DNA from: an uncultured Gammaproteobacteria bacterium
GTDB lineage: Bacteria; Pseudomonadota; Gammaproteobacteria; Arenicellales; CALHMG01
Reading direction: 5' to 3'
Assembly (NCBI GenBank): GCA_938034705.1
Contig: CALHMG010000186.1
Location: 5,110-69,109, forward strand
DNA: 64,000 nt
In this document: positions 1-11,213 of the stretch, one piece after another
Layout of the letters: every line of letters begins with the position of its first letter
How positions within the stretch are numbered: the first letter of the stretch is position 1
Notes under the pieces: generated by a model
Databases searched by the model: none
What the model was told of the DNA's origin: nothing
What the model saw: only the letters and a program-made list of their open reading frames with translations
Made by a program: the position numbers and the translations under genes

Positions 1-19
1 ACTGCATCAGCAGTCCCGG

Positions 20-376
20 GTGCTGGAGATAGCGTTTGACGATGGACAGCGATTTGAACTGCCCTGTGAGTACTTGCGAGTCCTTTCCCCGTCGGCGGAA
101 GTGCGAGGCCACGGTCCCGGGCAGGAAGTCCTGCAGCTGGGCAAGGAAAACGTCAACATCGTCAATATCGAGCAGGTCGGACACTACGCGGTCCGACTCG
201 TTTTCGATGATGGTCATGACTCGGGCCTCTACTCATGGGACTTGCTGCACGATCTCGGTCGCAACAAAGACGAGTATTTTGCGAAGTACCTTGCAGATCT
301 TGCGGCCGCGGGTCACAAGCGCAAATCCGGTGACGATCACTCTGCCGCGGCAGGCGGAACTGAAATCAAAATCTGA
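20..376 (+). CDS. DUF971 (gamma-butyrobetaine hydroxylase-like N-terminal) domain protein. The reading frame is open back to base 2, so it may be 5' truncated by the window edge.
   Basis: The 118-aa ORF contains [17 protein letters not shown] and [19 protein letters not shown], which resemble the DUF971 family. Its position directly upstream of ubiE is a common gammaproteobacterial arrangement. Confidence 0.6.
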   Translation: MLEIAFDDGQRFELPCEYLRVLSPSAEVRGHGPGQEVLQLGKENVNIVNIEQVGHYAVRLVFDDGHDSGLYSWDLLHDLGRNKDEYFAKYLADLAAAGHKRKSGDDHSAAAGGTEIKI

Positions 377-378
377 CA

Positions 379-1137
379 ATGACTGAAGCCAACGATTCCG
401 GTCGCGCAAATTTTGGATTTCGAGAAGTCGATGAACGAGACAAGGCGGGCCTTGTCGGTGAAGTCTTTCACTCGGTAGCAAGCCGATACGACGTAATGAA
501 CGACCTCATGTCGTTCGGCATTCACCGGGTGTGGAAGGATTACACGCTTGGCATCAGCGGCGTCCGGGCCGGTCATCGAATACTCGACGTTGCGGGCGGC
601 AGTGGTGACATGGCGATCCGGTTTGCCCAACGTGTCGGTCCGACGGGACACGTTGTTCTTTCCGATATCAACTCATCGATGCTTGCCGAAGGCAGGCGTC
701 GACTCGTCGATGCGGGGATTGTGGACAACGTCAGCTTCCTGTTGACCGATGCCGAGAATCTCAGCGTCGCCGAAGACAGTTTCGATCGAGTGTGTATTGC
801 GTTTGGTTTACGCAACGTGACCCGGATCGATACCGCCCTCGCCTCGATGTACCGTGCCCTTAAACCGGGCGGGAAACTGCTTGTTCTTGAGTTCTCAAAA
901 CCGGTGTCGCCGGCCATGAACCGGATCTATGATGCCTACTCGTTTAACGTGTTGCCGCGTCTCGGGCAGGCCGTAACGGGCGACGCTAAAAGCTATCAGT
1001 ATCTGGTCGAGTCGATTCGCAAACATCCGGACCAGGAAGAATTGAAACAGCGCATGCTCGATGCAGGTTTCGACAAGGTCGACTACCACAACCTCACTGG
1101 TGGCGTGGTCGCACTGCACGTTGGCGTCAAGTTCTGA
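379..1137 (+). CDS. ubiE: Ubiquinone/menaquinone biosynthesis C-methyltransferase UbiE
   Basis: Full-length 252-aa match to the UbiE pattern. It has SAM motif [18 protein letters not shown] and [13 protein letters not shown], and is followed by ubiJ-ubiB. Confidence 0.95.
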   Translation: MTEANDSGRANFGFREVDERDKAGLVGEVFHSVASRYDVMNDLMSFGIHRVWKDYTLGISGVRAGHRILDVAGGSGDMAIRFAQRVGPTGHVVLSDINSSMLAEGRRRLVDAGIVDNVSFLLTDAENLSVAEDSFDRVCIAFGLRNVTRIDTALASMYRALKPGGKLLVLEFSKPVSPAMNRIYDAYSFNVLPRLGQAVTGDAKSYQYLVESIRKHPDQEELKQRMLDAGFDKVDYHNLTGGVVALHVGVKF

Positions 1138-1138
1138 A

Positions 1139-1747
1139 ATGCTTGACCGTATCATCGAGACCGCGACGAATCGGTTGCTCACCATGGATCCAGCCGCGGC
1201 GAGCAAGCTTGATCCACTGACGGGGCAAACTATCGATCTCGTCGTAAGCGGCTTCCCCGACCCGGCCCGATTTACGTTTACGGCAGCGGGAGTTCAGGTT
1301 GATCGTGTCACCCCGGACCTGGCCCAGGTCTCGGCTGACGCCGTCCTTTCAGGGTCACCTTTTGCCTTTGCCCGCGCGTTCATGGCGTCCGACCCGATGA
1401 CGGCAATGAGTGCAGGAATCAGCATTGATGGTGATGTCGAGCTTGCGCAGAAATTTTCCATGCTGATGAAAGAGCTGGATATCGATTTTGAAGACGAGCT
1501 CGCCCGCTATATCGGCGGCGCGCCGGCCTACCAGCTCGGCAGAATATTCAAACAGGGCCGAGAATTTTTCAAAGACGGTGGCGAGCGACTGCAGGCCAAT
1601 ATCGGCGAATTTCTGCGTGAGGACAGTGACCAGCTTGTCTCGCCGGAGGACATGCATCGATTCATGGATGACGTTGACGACCTGAGAGCGTCGGTAGACG
1701 CGCTCGAGCGACGGATTGAATCAGTCGCAGCCCGGAGGAAAACATAA
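1139..1747 (+). CDS. ubiJ: Ubiquinone biosynthesis accessory factor UbiJ (SCP2-like lipid-binding protein)
   Basis: The ATG at 1139 lies 1 nt after the ubiE stop (MLDRIIETATNRLL...). Size and position between ubiE and ubiB fit UbiJ. The 1061 start in the ORF track overlaps ubiE and is unlikely. Confidence 0.75.
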   Translation: MLDRIIETATNRLLTMDPAAASKLDPLTGQTIDLVVSGFPDPARFTFTAAGVQVDRVTPDLAQVSADAVLSGSPFAFARAFMASDPMTAMSAGISIDGDVELAQKFSMLMKELDIDFEDELARYIGGAPAYQLGRIFKQGREFFKDGGERLQANIGEFLREDSDQLVSPEDMHRFMDDVDDLRASVDALERRIESVAARRKT

Positions 1748-3379
1748 ATGCTTCGTGGGCTGGGACGAATTCGCCGTATCCTTTCTGTCATCAATCGTCA
1801 TGGCCTCGGCGAATTTCTTGACGGACTTGATCTGAAGCCGGCAGCGCGGCTCGCTTTGAAAGTGCTCGCGCCATCGCGCGCGGACAGCAGCGTCGATCGT
1901 GGTGAACGTTTACGGCGCGCTCTTGAAGAGCTCGGGCCGGTGTTTGTCAAATTCGGTCAGGTGCTGTCGACTCGACCTGATCTGCTTGCCGATGACGTTT
2001 CGCGAGAGCTGATCGCGCTGCAGGATCAGGTTCCGCCATTTCCTGGCGCAGAAGCGCGCCGGGTTGTAGAGGATAGTTTTGGCGAACCGATCGGGGCCAG
2101 GTTTGCCGCGTTTTCCGACACACCGATGGCATCGGCAAGCGTTGCTCAGGTGCACGAGGCAACGCTTCTCGACGGCACTGATGTCGTCGTCAAAATTCTG
2201 CGCCCCGGCATCGTCGACATTATCGACAGAGATCTCGAGCTGCTCTACACCATGGCGCGAACACTCGAAAAGGTCTGGAAAGATGCCCATCGATTGAAGC
2301 CTGTCGAAATCGTGCGAGATTACGACCGCACGATTCATGATGAACTCGACATGCAGCGAGAGGCGGGCAACGCCAGTCAGATGCGCGCCAACTTCATAGA
2401 CTCAGATCTCATCTATGTTCCCGAAGTCTATTTTGATCACACAACGCGTGACGTCATGGTGATGGAAAAGATCGACGGGATTTCGATTCGCGAAGTTGAT
2501 CAGCTCCGTGCTCTTGGCATCGACATGAAAAAACTCGCACACGAAGGTGTTGAGATCTTTTTCACCCAGGCCTTTCGCGACGGTTTCTTTCACGCCGATA
2601 TGCATCCGGGCAACATCCTGGTGTCTCGTGATGGTCAATACCGGGCGATTGATTTTGGCATCATGGGCACCCTTGCGGACGCCGACAAACGCTACCTCGC
2701 CGAGAATTTTCTGGCATTTTTCAATCGCGACTATCGCGCGGTAGCCGATGCCCATTTGCGTGCAGGCTGGGTTCCCGCGCACATTCGCGCAGAAGATTTT
2801 GAGTCCGCCATTCGCACGGTCTGCGAGCCGATTTTCGCCAAGCCGATCAGCGAGATCTCATTTGGAAAACTCGTCATGCGACTGTTCCAGACCGCACGAC
2901 GTTTCGAGATGCCGGTCCAGACACAGCTTGTGCTGCTGCAGAAAACGCTGCTGCAGATTGAAGGCCTCGGCCGCCAGCTGTACCCGGACCTTGATCTCTG
3001 GGATACCGCAAAACCGTATCTTGAGCGCTGGATGAATGAACAGATCGGTCCGCGCGCGGCGGTTAACACGCTGAAGAAGGAAGCGCCGCGATGGGCAACT
3101 ATCATTCCTGAGATGCCCCGTGTCGCGCACACGTTTTTGTCGCGTGTGGACGGTGACGGGCCCGACGCGTTCGTCAGCCGAGGCGATCTGGATCGCGCGA
3201 CATCGGCAGGCGCCGCCCGATCGAGATATCAGGTGCAGGCCATCGTCGGCGTCGGCCTGATCATTGCCGCAAGTGTTCTGGCCGCGGCGCCGGGCGCGTT
3301 GTCGGTGACTGGCTGGATCGTCGGTATCACCGGTGTTTTTCTGAGTGGCCATGCGCTCTACAGGACTTTCAGAAACTAA
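1748..3379 (+). CDS. ubiB: Ubiquinone biosynthesis regulatory kinase-like protein UbiB (ABC1/ADCK family)
   Basis: 543 aa with LGPVFVKFGQVLSTRPDLL, ASASVAQVHEA and FHADMHPGNILV plus C-terminal TM helices. The ATG abuts the ubiJ stop. Confidence 0.93.
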   Translation: MLRGLGRIRRILSVINRHGLGEFLDGLDLKPAARLALKVLAPSRADSSVDRGERLRRALEELGPVFVKFGQVLSTRPDLLADDVSRELIALQDQVPPFPGAEARRVVEDSFGEPIGARFAAFSDTPMASASVAQVHEATLLDGTDVVVKILRPGIVDIIDRDLELLYTMARTLEKVWKDAHRLKPVEIVRDYDRTIHDELDMQREAGNASQMRANFIDSDLIYVPEVYFDHTTRDVMVMEKIDGISIREVDQLRALGIDMKKLAHEGVEIFFTQAFRDGFFHADMHPGNILVSRDGQYRAIDFGIMGTLADADKRYLAENFLAFFNRDYRAVADAHLRAGWVPAHIRAEDFESAIRTVCEPIFAKPISEISFGKLVMRLFQTARRFEMPVQTQLVLLQKTLLQIEGLGRQLYPDLDLWDTAKPYLERWMNEQIGPRAAVNTLKKEAPRWATIIPEMPRVAHTFLSRVDGDGPDAFVSRGDLDRATSAGAARSRYQVQAIVGVGLIIAASVLAAAPGALSVTGWIVGITGVFLSGHALYRTFRN

Positions 3380-3459
3380 GTCGCCTGGCGCGACGATAAA
3401 AAATCGGTTCAGATTTTCCCGTTGTTAACGCCACGGGGTGCGGACGCGTCTACGGGCCA

Positions 3460-4515
3460 TTGAACAGTGATAACGTGACCCCCACGAGAAAAAGTGAGGG
3501 TTCAGTCAACGCTCACCTCGAGCCTGATCGTCAAAGGGAGTTCAAAGTCGTGCAAACCGCGTTGAATCAACAGCAGATTGATCGTCACCAGCGTCAGAAC
3601 TTCTGGCACACGATCGTGCTGCTCGGCGGCCTTGGATTGATTCTGGTCGTTGTCTGCATGGTGATGTGGGGACCGGTTGGCCTCGTCATGGCGATCGTTG
3701 CGGGCGGACTGATGGTCACCATGGGCCGAAAGATCGCGCCGCAGATGGTGCTGCGAATGTACAAGGCGAAACCGGTCACCCGTGACTCGGCACCACAGCT
3801 GTTTGACGTGGTCGAAGAACTGTCGCGACGTGCCGGTCTTGAGCGTGCACCAGACGTTTACTACGTCCCGAGCCCCATCATGAATGCGTTTACAACCGGG
3901 ACCCAGGACACGGCTATTCTGGTGCTGTTCGACGGTCTGATCAAAAAGCTCAGCAGTGAAGAAGTTGCCGGTGTCATCGCGCACGAGATCGCTCACATCA
4001 AAAACAACGACACGCTGGTGCTGGGCGTGGCCGACATGGTCAGTCGGATAACCGGGTTTATGCCCTTTCTCGCGATTTTGCTGGTCATCGGCAACTTTGG
4101 CGGTGCCGGCGTGCCCTGGGGCACCGCGCTGATGCTGTTCTTTGCGCCTCAGCTGACGGCGGCGCTGCAGATGAAACTTTCACAAAGCCGCGAGTACGAT
4201 GCCGATCTTGACGGGGCGATGCTGACAGGCAATCCGCGAGCCCTGGCGTCCGCGCTTGAGAAAATTCAGCAGGTGCAGGGCAAGATGCTCGAACGCGTCA
4301 TGCTGCCCGGTCGCAAGGAGCCTGATCCTTCCCATGCGCGATCACACCCGCCCACACAGTTGCGCATCGAACGCCTGCTTGCACTTGAAGCGCCTGGCAA
4401 TGACGCGATGACTTCAATAGCGGCATTCGCCAGTCTTAATCCAGCGGACGTTGTGCCCGCGGGACTGCAGGTAGCCGATCAACCCCGGTGGCGTCTGACC
4501 GGACTCTGGCACTGA
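3460..4515 (+). CDS. M48-family zinc metallopeptidase (HtpX-like), membrane bound
   Basis: HEXXH motif HEIAHIKNND, a downstream EYDAD glutamate, and several hydrophobic TM stretches. The TTG start at 3460 is uncertain. Confidence 0.8.
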   Translation: MNSDNVTPTRKSEGSVNAHLEPDRQREFKVVQTALNQQQIDRHQRQNFWHTIVLLGGLGLILVVVCMVMWGPVGLVMAIVAGGLMVTMGRKIAPQMVLRMYKAKPVTRDSAPQLFDVVEELSRRAGLERAPDVYYVPSPIMNAFTTGTQDTAILVLFDGLIKKLSSEEVAGVIAHEIAHIKNNDTLVLGVADMVSRITGFMPFLAILLVIGNFGGAGVPWGTALMLFFAPQLTAALQMKLSQSREYDADLDGAMLTGNPRALASALEKIQQVQGKMLERVMLPGRKEPDPSHARSHPPTQLRIERLLALEAPGNDAMTSIAAFASLNPADVVPAGLQVADQPRWRLTGLWH

Positions 4516-4559
4516 CGCGCAGTTGACTTGAATGCGGATGCGCGATGGTTGCGCTCGGA

Positions 4560-4859
4560 TTACTGTTCGCCGAAGCAGGACCAGTCCTGTAGCAGTGACG
4601 CATCCTGCATCGCAAAGCTCTTGTGCCGTTCAAACGCGTCATAGTCCCACTGCTCGGGGGAGAACATGGCGTCAACATGTCCCTCGAGGGAACTCAGTCG
4701 ATTCACTCGACCTTCGATGTCTTCTGACTGCGCGTACTCGCGCAAGTCCCGGATGAACGTCTTGCACGCCACCCATGACATCGTTGCATTCAAATCCCCG
4801 TCTTCCCAATCTTGAATAAAGCCCTGAATGCGCTTGAGCGCAGCTACCGGATTGTTCAT
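4560..4859 (-). CDS. Hypothetical acidic 99-aa protein
   Basis: Isolated ORF in an otherwise non-coding gap with a plausible ATG. I recognise no family. Confidence 0.4.
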   Translation of the reverse strand: MNNPVAALKRIQGFIQDWEDGDLNATMSWVACKTFIRDLREYAQSEDIEGRVNRLSSLEGHVDAMFSPEQWDYDAFERHKSFAMQDASLLQDWSCFGEQ

Positions 4860-5247
4860 CGATTCAGTTCCTTTGAATTAATGCCCGTCGATCATAGCCA
4901 CGGGCCTGCCCGGAATTCTGTTGACAATGTTCGGCAATGTGGCCGTAAACGCATGTCTGTCGGTCGATAAAACCCGCTCTTCGGCGGTTTAGGCGGGTCA
5001 CAAGCCGCCGACGCGTTACGGGGCCCGTTTGCCGGCCCCGCAATACAGCGCCCGGAGCACGCTCACGCGAAGCGCTCCCCCATCGAAAGATTCAGCCCAA
5101 GCTGTTGATCCAAAGACCAAAATCAATCGTAATAAATCTTGACTGCAACACTGGGTTTTTAATAACCTAGCCGGCCGCTCAGGATTAGTCGGGGCTGCGG
5201 CCCCCACCGTCGATCGGACACTTTTAACGCTATACGGGCATCTCTCT

Positions 5248-5715
5248 ATGCGACTCACCACCAAAGGACGCTACGCCGTAACCGCCATGATGGATCTGGC
5301 GATTCACGCCGAGGCCGGCAAGGTCACGCTGGCCGACATAGCCAGTAATCAGGATATCTCGCTGTCTTATCTCGAGCAGCTTTTTGCCAAGTTGCGCAAA
5401 CAGGGCCTTGTCAAAGGCGTGCGCGGTCCCGGCGGCGGCTATCGGCTCGCCAGGGATGCCGACATGATCTCGGTGGCCGAAATTGTTACCGCGGTTGATG
5501 AGCGCGTCGACGTGACGCAATGCGGTGGCAAAGAAGACTGTCAGGGTGGTGAACGCTGCCTCAGTCACGATCTCTGGACCGACCTCAGTCAGCGCGTTTT
5601 CGAATTTCTCGATGGCATCACGCTGGGTGAGCTCGTCACACGTCCTGGTGTTTGCCAGGTCGCCGCACGTCAGGAGGCGCGACACGAAGTAGCGCCGCCC
5701 TCCACCTTGCAGTAG
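5248..5715 (+). CDS. iscR: Rrf2-family Fe-S cluster regulator (IscR-like) heading the suf operon
   Basis: [19 protein letters not shown]-terminus with a wHTH. The Cys cluster [17 protein letters not shown] supplies three Cys plus His as cluster ligands. It lies directly upstream of sufB. Confidence 0.88.
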   Translation: MRLTTKGRYAVTAMMDLAIHAEAGKVTLADIASNQDISLSYLEQLFAKLRKQGLVKGVRGPGGGYRLARDADMISVAEIVTAVDERVDVTQCGGKEDCQGGERCLSHDLWTDLSQRVFEFLDGITLGELVTRPGVCQVAARQEARHEVAPPSTLQ

Positions 5716-5780
5716 CTCGATCCGCGATCTCTCACGACAGAAGATCAAAGTTAAAACAAGAATAATTACGGCAAACGAAT

Positions 5781-7229
5781 ATGAGCAGCACAGCATCAGA
5801 AATCGATCGGCGAATTTCCCGCGACTACAAAGAAGGTTTTGTCACCGACATCGAAGCCGAGACGCTTCCGCCCGGACTGGATGAAGGCGTCATTAACAAG
5901 CTCTCGGACATTAAGGATGAGCCAGACTTCATGCGAGAGTGGCGCCTGGCCGCCTATCAGCAGTGGCTCGAGATGAAGAATCCCGAGTGGGCTCACGTCA
6001 ACTACGAACCTATCGACTATCAGTCCATCAGCTACTACTCAGCGCCCAAGAGCGACGCGGACAAGCCGAAAAGTCTGGATGAGGTTGACCCCAAACTCCT
6101 CGAGACCTACGACAAGCTCGGGATTCCGCTGATTGAGCAACAGATGCTGGCTGGCGTTGCGGTTGATGCGGTCTTCGACAGTGTTTCAGTTGCGACGACT
6201 TTCAAGGATACGCTTGCAAAGGCGGGCGTGATCTTCTGCTCGTTCTCCGAAGCGGTCAAGGAACACCCGGAACTGATCAAGAAGTATCTCGGCTCGGTTG
6301 TGCCGGTAGCGGACAACTACTACGCGGCGCTCAACTCGGCCGTGTTTACGGATGGCTCGTTCGTCTATATCCCCAAAGGGGTTCGCTGCCCGATGGAGCT
6401 GTCGACGTACTTTCGAATAAACGCCTCAAACACCGGACAGTTCGAGCGCACGCTGATCATCGCCGACGAAGGCTCCTATGTGAGCTACAACGAAGGCTGT
6501 ACCGCGCCGATGCGTGACGAGAATCAGCTGCACGCTGCTGTGGTCGAGCTGGTCGCCATGGGTGACGCAGAAATCAAGTATTCGACCGTTCAGAACTGGT
6601 ACCCCGGGGATGAGAATGGCAAGGGTGGCATTTACAACTTTGTCACCAAGCGCGGCGCGTGTCGTGGGAACAACGCGAAGATTTCATGGACCCAGGTCGA
6701 GACGGGCTCCGCAATTACGTGGAAGTATCCGAGCGTCATTCTTGAGGGTGACAACTCCGTTGGCGAATTTTACAGCGTTGCCCTGACGAACAACTATCAG
6801 CAGGCGGACACCGGCACCAAGATGATCCATGTCGGCAAGAACACGTCGAGCACGATTATCTCCAAAGGCATATCAGCTGGTAAGGCACACAACGCCTATC
6901 GTGGCCTGGTTCGGGTCACGCCCGGCGCCGACAATGCCCGCAACTACACGCAGTGTGATTCGCTGTTGATGAGCGATGAATGTGGTGCGCACACGTTTCC
7001 CTATGTCGAGGTGAAGAACCCGACAGCCAAGGTTGAACACGAGGCTACGACATCCAAGATCGGTGAGGATCAGCTGTTTTACTGCAAGCAGCGCGGCCTG
7101 GATGAAGAAGACGCGGTCAACCTGATCGTCAATGGATTCTGCAAGGAGGTTTTCAACGAACTGCCGATGGAGTTCGCGGTAGAGGCCCAGAAGCTCCTTG
7201 AGATCAGTCTGGAAGGTTCGGTGGGCTGA
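5781..7229 (+). CDS. sufB: Fe-S cluster assembly scaffold protein SufB
   Basis: 482 aa with typical SufB blocks ([42 protein letters not shown]). Confidence 0.97.
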   Translation: MSSTASEIDRRISRDYKEGFVTDIEAETLPPGLDEGVINKLSDIKDEPDFMREWRLAAYQQWLEMKNPEWAHVNYEPIDYQSISYYSAPKSDADKPKSLDEVDPKLLETYDKLGIPLIEQQMLAGVAVDAVFDSVSVATTFKDTLAKAGVIFCSFSEAVKEHPELIKKYLGSVVPVADNYYAALNSAVFTDGSFVYIPKGVRCPMELSTYFRINASNTGQFERTLIIADEGSYVSYNEGCTAPMRDENQLHAAVVELVAMGDAEIKYSTVQNWYPGDENGKGGIYNFVTKRGACRGNNAKISWTQVETGSAITWKYPSVILEGDNSVGEFYSVALTNNYQQADTGTKMIHVGKNTSSTIISKGISAGKAHNAYRGLVRVTPGADNARNYTQCDSLLMSDECGAHTFPYVEVKNPTAKVEHEATTSKIGEDQLFYCKQRGLDEEDAVNLIVNGFCKEVFNELPMEFAVEAQKLLEISLEGSVG

Positions 7230-7294
7230 CGCCCGCGCAGCACCACGCAAATCGAACCATCACAACAAGAACAACAACGCAGAAAGATAAAGAC

Positions 7295-8050
7295 ATGCTC
7301 AGTATCAAAAATTTAAGCGCGGACGTGGACGGCAAGCCAATCCTCAAAGGCATCAACCTCGAGATTGGAAGCGGCGAAGTCCACGCCATCATGGGGCCCA
7401 ACGGTTCGGGCAAAAGCACACTCGCAAACGTAATCGCCGGACGTGACGGCTACGAAGTCACGGGTGGTTCTGTTACCTATGCGGGCAACGATCTGCTTGA
7501 GCTGGAACCTGAAGAGCGCGCACGGGACGGCATTTTTCTCGCTTTCCAGTATCCGGTTGAGATACCGGGCGTCAGCAACGTCTACTTTCTCAAAGCGGCG
7601 GTCAACGCGGCACGCAAGCATCGCGGCGAAGAAGAGCTTGATGCCATGGACTTTCTGAAGCTCATTCGCACCAAGCTGAAGCTGGTGGAGATGAAGGAAG
7701 AGTTCATGCACCGGGCGGTGAACGAAGGCTTTTCCGGTGGCGAGAAGAAGCGCAACGAGATTTTGCAGATGGCAATGCTTGAGCCAACGCTTGCGGTGCT
7801 CGACGAAACCGACTCCGGTCTGGATATCGATGCGCTGAAAGTCGTCGCGGGTGGCGTCAACGCCCTGCGCAGCAAAGACCGGTCGATGATTGTCGTCACT
7901 CACTATCAGCGATTGCTCGATTACATTGTGCCGGATCATGTGCACGTGCTTTCCGGCGGCAAAATCGTCAAGTCCGGTGACAAGAATCTCGCTCTGGAGC
8001 TTGAACGCGAAGGCTACGGCTGGGTTGAGCAGCTGGCACAGGCGGGGTGA
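7295..8050 (+). CDS. sufC: Fe-S cluster assembly ATPase SufC
   Basis: Walker [13 protein letters not shown] signature FSGGEKKR, Walker [13 protein letters not shown]. Confidence 0.97.
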   Translation: MLSIKNLSADVDGKPILKGINLEIGSGEVHAIMGPNGSGKSTLANVIAGRDGYEVTGGSVTYAGNDLLELEPEERARDGIFLAFQYPVEIPGVSNVYFLKAAVNAARKHRGEEELDAMDFLKLIRTKLKLVEMKEEFMHRAVNEGFSGGEKKRNEILQMAMLEPTLAVLDETDSGLDIDALKVVAGGVNALRSKDRSMIVVTHYQRLLDYIVPDHVHVLSGGKIVKSGDKNLALELEREGYGWVEQLAQAG

Positions 8051-9399
8051 CGATGGCAATTTCGGCAGAACAGCAGCTCCTGGAAGTTGCGCGTGATGTA
8101 ACCCTCGCCGGCAACGGCGTCGACTGGGTTGATGCGTTTCGCAAAAACGCCGCGAAGGAATTTGGAGAACGCGGGTTGCCAACGGCAACCATGGAGGACT
8201 GGCGCTATACCAATCTGCGCGGCCTTGCTCGCAAGTTTCCACAGCCGGTTCTCGCAGAGTCGGTCGGTGCACAGGGCAGCGTCCCCGCGGTGCCGGCGCG
8301 AATCCCGGATCTGGTGACGATTCGGCTTGTATTTGTTGACGGACAGTTTTCGGCAAAGCTGTCCGATGGCCACATCAATTCCAGCGACATGCTGGTGGAA
8401 AATCTGGCCAGCGTTCTAAAACGAGACTCGAGTCTGGTCAAAGGGCTTGTGGGTGATCGAATCGGTAACCATGCCCATGGATTTACGGCCATCAACAGCG
8501 CCCTGCTGGATGACGGGTGCGTCATTCGATTCGGCAAGAACGCCGATCTGTTGACGCCCATTGAGCTGGTTTATCTCTCTACCGGCAGTGAACGCTCGCG
8601 ATTTGCTCGCAACGTCATTCATCTCGATCAGGGCAGCCGCGCTACGGTCATTGAGCGATTTGTCAGCGTTGACGAAAATGCCTCGGGACTCACCAGCGTA
8701 ATCAGTGAAATTTCGGTTGGCGCGAATGCGAGTCTTTCGCACTACCGAATTCAGGAAGAAAACGCGGCATCGTCACACGTCGGCGGCAGCTATGTGGGTG
8801 TGGCCGCGGACGGTCGATATCGAAATGCAACCGCGTCACTGGGCGGCAATGTCGTCAGAAACGATCTCGTGGTTGCGCTCAACGGTAAGGGTGCGGACTG
8901 CCAGCTCGATGGCGTTGTTATCGGGCAGGGCAAAACCCATGTCGATAACTTCACGCGTATCGAGCATCACGAACCACACGGCACAAGTCGCGAACATTAT
9001 CGAAGCGTTCTCGACGACCGTTCTCGCAGTATTTTCCACGGACGCGTGTTTGTGGCCGTAGACGCACAGAAGACAGACGCGCAGCAGTCCAATCAAAGTT
9101 TGCTGCTGTCAGAATATGCGGAGTCCGACAGCAAGCCCCAGCTTGAGATTTACGCCGATGACGTCAAATGCGCTCACGGTGCAACGGTTGGACAACTCGA
9201 CGAGAACTCGGTTTTCTATCTCAAAAGTCGCGGCATCGGTGATGATGAAGCACGCGGGATGCTGACCGTCGCGTTTGCGAGCGAGGCTCTGGTTGAGCTC
9301 GATAATGATCCACTTCGTAAAGCCATTGAGTTGGCGGTGCGTTCGCGGCTCGCGCCGGAACTTGCCGAGGCGCAGAGTATTTTCGAGGACCAGCAGTGA
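8047..9399 (+). CDS. sufD: Fe-S cluster assembly protein SufD
   Basis: 450 aa with a 4-nt overlap on the sufC stop. The C-terminal SufB/SufD beta-helix block reads [21 protein letters not shown]. Confidence 0.9.
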   Translation: MTMAISAEQQLLEVARDVTLAGNGVDWVDAFRKNAAKEFGERGLPTATMEDWRYTNLRGLARKFPQPVLAESVGAQGSVPAVPARIPDLVTIRLVFVDGQFSAKLSDGHINSSDMLVENLASVLKRDSSLVKGLVGDRIGNHAHGFTAINSALLDDGCVIRFGKNADLLTPIELVYLSTGSERSRFARNVIHLDQGSRATVIERFVSVDENASGLTSVISEISVGANASLSHYRIQEENAASSHVGGSYVGVAADGRYRNATASLGGNVVRNDLVVALNGKGADCQLDGVVIGQGKTHVDNFTRIEHHEPHGTSREHYRSVLDDRSRSIFHGRVFVAVDAQKTDAQQSNQSLLLSEYAESDSKPQLEIYADDVKCAHGATVGQLDENSVFYLKSRGIGDDEARGMLTVAFASEALVELDNDPLRKAIELAVRSRLAPELAEAQSIFEDQQ

Positions 9400-10649
9400 T
9401 GGCGATTGCATCGAACAAGTTAAACGCCGATTTCGACATCGACAGCATCCGGGGCCAGTTCCCGGCGCTGGATCAGAAAGTACACGGGCACTCGCTGGTG
9501 TATCTGGACAGCGGTGCCAGTGCTCAAAAGCCGAACGTTGTTATCGAGGCCGTTGACCACTACTACAGAAACGATCACTCAAACGTTCACCGGGGTGTGC
9601 ACACCCTGAGCGAGCGCGCGACGGTCAAATATGACGCGTCACGAGTTTCCATTCAGAAATTTGTCAACGCGGCGAGCGATCGCGAAATCATATACACAAG
9701 CGGCACCACAGAAGCTTTGAATCTGGTCGCCCAGAGCTGGGGCCGCGCCAATATAAAAGAAGGCGATGATCTGCTGGTCTCTGAAATGGAGCATCATTCG
9801 AACATCGTCCCGTGGCAGATGCTGGCTGCGGAAAAATCCGCAACCGTTCGCAAGATCCCGATGGATCAGGACGGCGTGCTCGACATGCAGGCGTTCAAAA
9901 AACTTCTCGAAGGCAAGCCACGCGTTGTTGCGATCACGCATGTGGCCAACGCGCTTGGCACGGTGAATCCGCTCGCTGAAATTGTTCGCCTCGCCCATGA
10001 TGCAGGTGCGATCGTTGTTGCCGACGGTGCCCAGTCGACGCCGCATATGTCGGTTGACGTTCAGGCGCTGGACGTTGATTTCTACGCGTTCTCCGGTCAC
10101 AAGATCTATGGCCCGACAGGCATCGGCGTGCTGTACGGCAAGGAGTCGCTGCTCGACGCGATGCCGCCCTGGCAGGGCGGCGGCGACATGATCAAGAGCG
10201 TGACGTTTGACGGCACGATCTATAACGACCTGCCTTTCAAGTTCGAGGCGGGAACACCGAATATCGCTGATGCCATCGGCATGGGCGTGGCGGCGGACTA
10301 TCTCCTCGATATCGGTCTGGAGGCGGTCGCGGCACATGAACACAGCGTCCTGTCCTATGCGTTGAGTCGTGCAGCCGAGCGTAGTGAAATGACGGTGTTC
10401 GGTAATGCTCCCGACAAAGCGGGCATTCTGTCGTTCGCTCTCGAGGGGGTTCACCCACACGACATCGGCACGATGCTGGATCATCAGGGCGTTGCTGTTC
10501 GCACCGGTCATCACTGCGCGCAACCTGTCATGCAGTTTTTTGGAGTGCCGGCAACGACGCGTGCGTCGCTGGGCATTTACAATAATCGCCAGGACATTGA
10601 TCGTCTGTTTGATGGTATCGACGAAGTCATGAAAATGTTCAGGCGGTAG
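9396..10649 (+). CDS. sufS: Cysteine desulfurase SufS (class II aminotransferase V)
   Basis: PLP lysine motif FSGHKIYGPTGIG, active-site Cys loop RTGHHCAQP, and a 4-nt overlap with sufD. Confidence 0.95.
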   Translation: MMAIASNKLNADFDIDSIRGQFPALDQKVHGHSLVYLDSGASAQKPNVVIEAVDHYYRNDHSNVHRGVHTLSERATVKYDASRVSIQKFVNAASDREIIYTSGTTEALNLVAQSWGRANIKEGDDLLVSEMEHHSNIVPWQMLAAEKSATVRKIPMDQDGVLDMQAFKKLLEGKPRVVAITHVANALGTVNPLAEIVRLAHDAGAIVVADGAQSTPHMSVDVQALDVDFYAFSGHKIYGPTGIGVLYGKESLLDAMPPWQGGGDMIKSVTFDGTIYNDLPFKFEAGTPNIADAIGMGVAADYLLDIGLEAVAAHEHSVLSYALSRAAERSEMTVFGNAPDKAGILSFALEGVHPHDIGTMLDHQGVAVRTGHHCAQPVMQFFGVPATTRASLGIYNNRQDIDRLFDGIDEVMKMFRR

Positions 10650-10750
10650 TCGCCCGAGCAGAACAACCCCCGAATTGAAAACCCGGAACAGAAACAACAG
10701 GGGCTCGACGACAACAGGTCGGGTTACACCACAGACATGAGCATGAGTCG

Positions 10751-11209
10751 ATGATGGATGATTTGAGAAACCTCTACCAGGAGGTGATTTTCGACCACAA
10801 CCGTAACCCCAGAAACTACGGTGCGCTCGAAAACCCCAATCGAACAGCCCAGGGCTACAACCCGCTGTGCGGTGATCAACTGAAGCTGTACATGGTTCTC
10901 GACGACGACGGTCGGATTGCGGACGTGTCATTTGAAGGCAACGGCTGCGCCATTTCGACGGCGTCGGCTTCAATCATGACCAGTATCATCAAGGGCAAGA
11001 CCGCCGAAGAAGCTCAGATCTACTTCGACAGCTTTCATGGCATGGTCACCGGCGAAGGTGATGGCGACGATTCGCTTGAAGACTTTGACAAACTGCGAGT
11101 GCTTGGTGGCGTCGCCGAATACCCGTCCAGGGTCAAGTGCGCGACTCTGGCCTGGCACACCGTGCGGGCGGCAATAGACGAGTCCGAAGAACCGGTAACA
11201 ACCGAGTAG
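10751..11209 (+). CDS. sufU: SufU/IscU-like sulfur acceptor (NifU N-terminal domain)
   Basis: Three conserved Cys in NPLCGD, GNGCAIS and RVKCATLAW, and the SufU-type N-terminus LYQEVIFDHNRNPRN. Confidence 0.85.
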   Translation: MMDDLRNLYQEVIFDHNRNPRNYGALENPNRTAQGYNPLCGDQLKLYMVLDDDGRIADVSFEGNGCAISTASASIMTSIIKGKTAEEAQIYFDSFHGMVTGEGDGDDSLEDFDKLRVLGGVAEYPSRVKCATLAWHTVRAAIDESEEPVTTE

Positions 11210-11213
11210 AACA

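Noticed and set aside
5139-5204. A possible sigma70 promoter (TTGACT at 5139-5144 with a weak -10 near 5160-5167) and an IscR-box-like sequence (ATAACCTAGCC...TTAGTCGGGG) upstream of the Rrf2 gene.
   Set aside because: The -10 element matches consensus at only about 3 of 6 positions, and the IscR-box resemblance is partial. This is too weak to annotate without a transcription start site or a motif scan.
7313-8356. Long antisense or out-of-frame ORFs in the track. Examples are 7313-8356 (-), 9639-10973 (-), 20253-20984 (-), 23799-24839 (+), 33499-34554 (-), 39330-40109 (-), 51678-52670 (+), 58163-59212 (-) and 62411-63295 (-).
   Set aside because: Each lies opposite or out of frame to a gene with unmistakable family motifs (sufC/D, sufS, gpsA, hemW, DltD-like, methyltransferase, rdgB/rph, spoT, recG). 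Their products are Arg/Pro/Ala-rich with no recognisable domains. This is the usual consequence of a lack of stop codons in GC-rich DNA.
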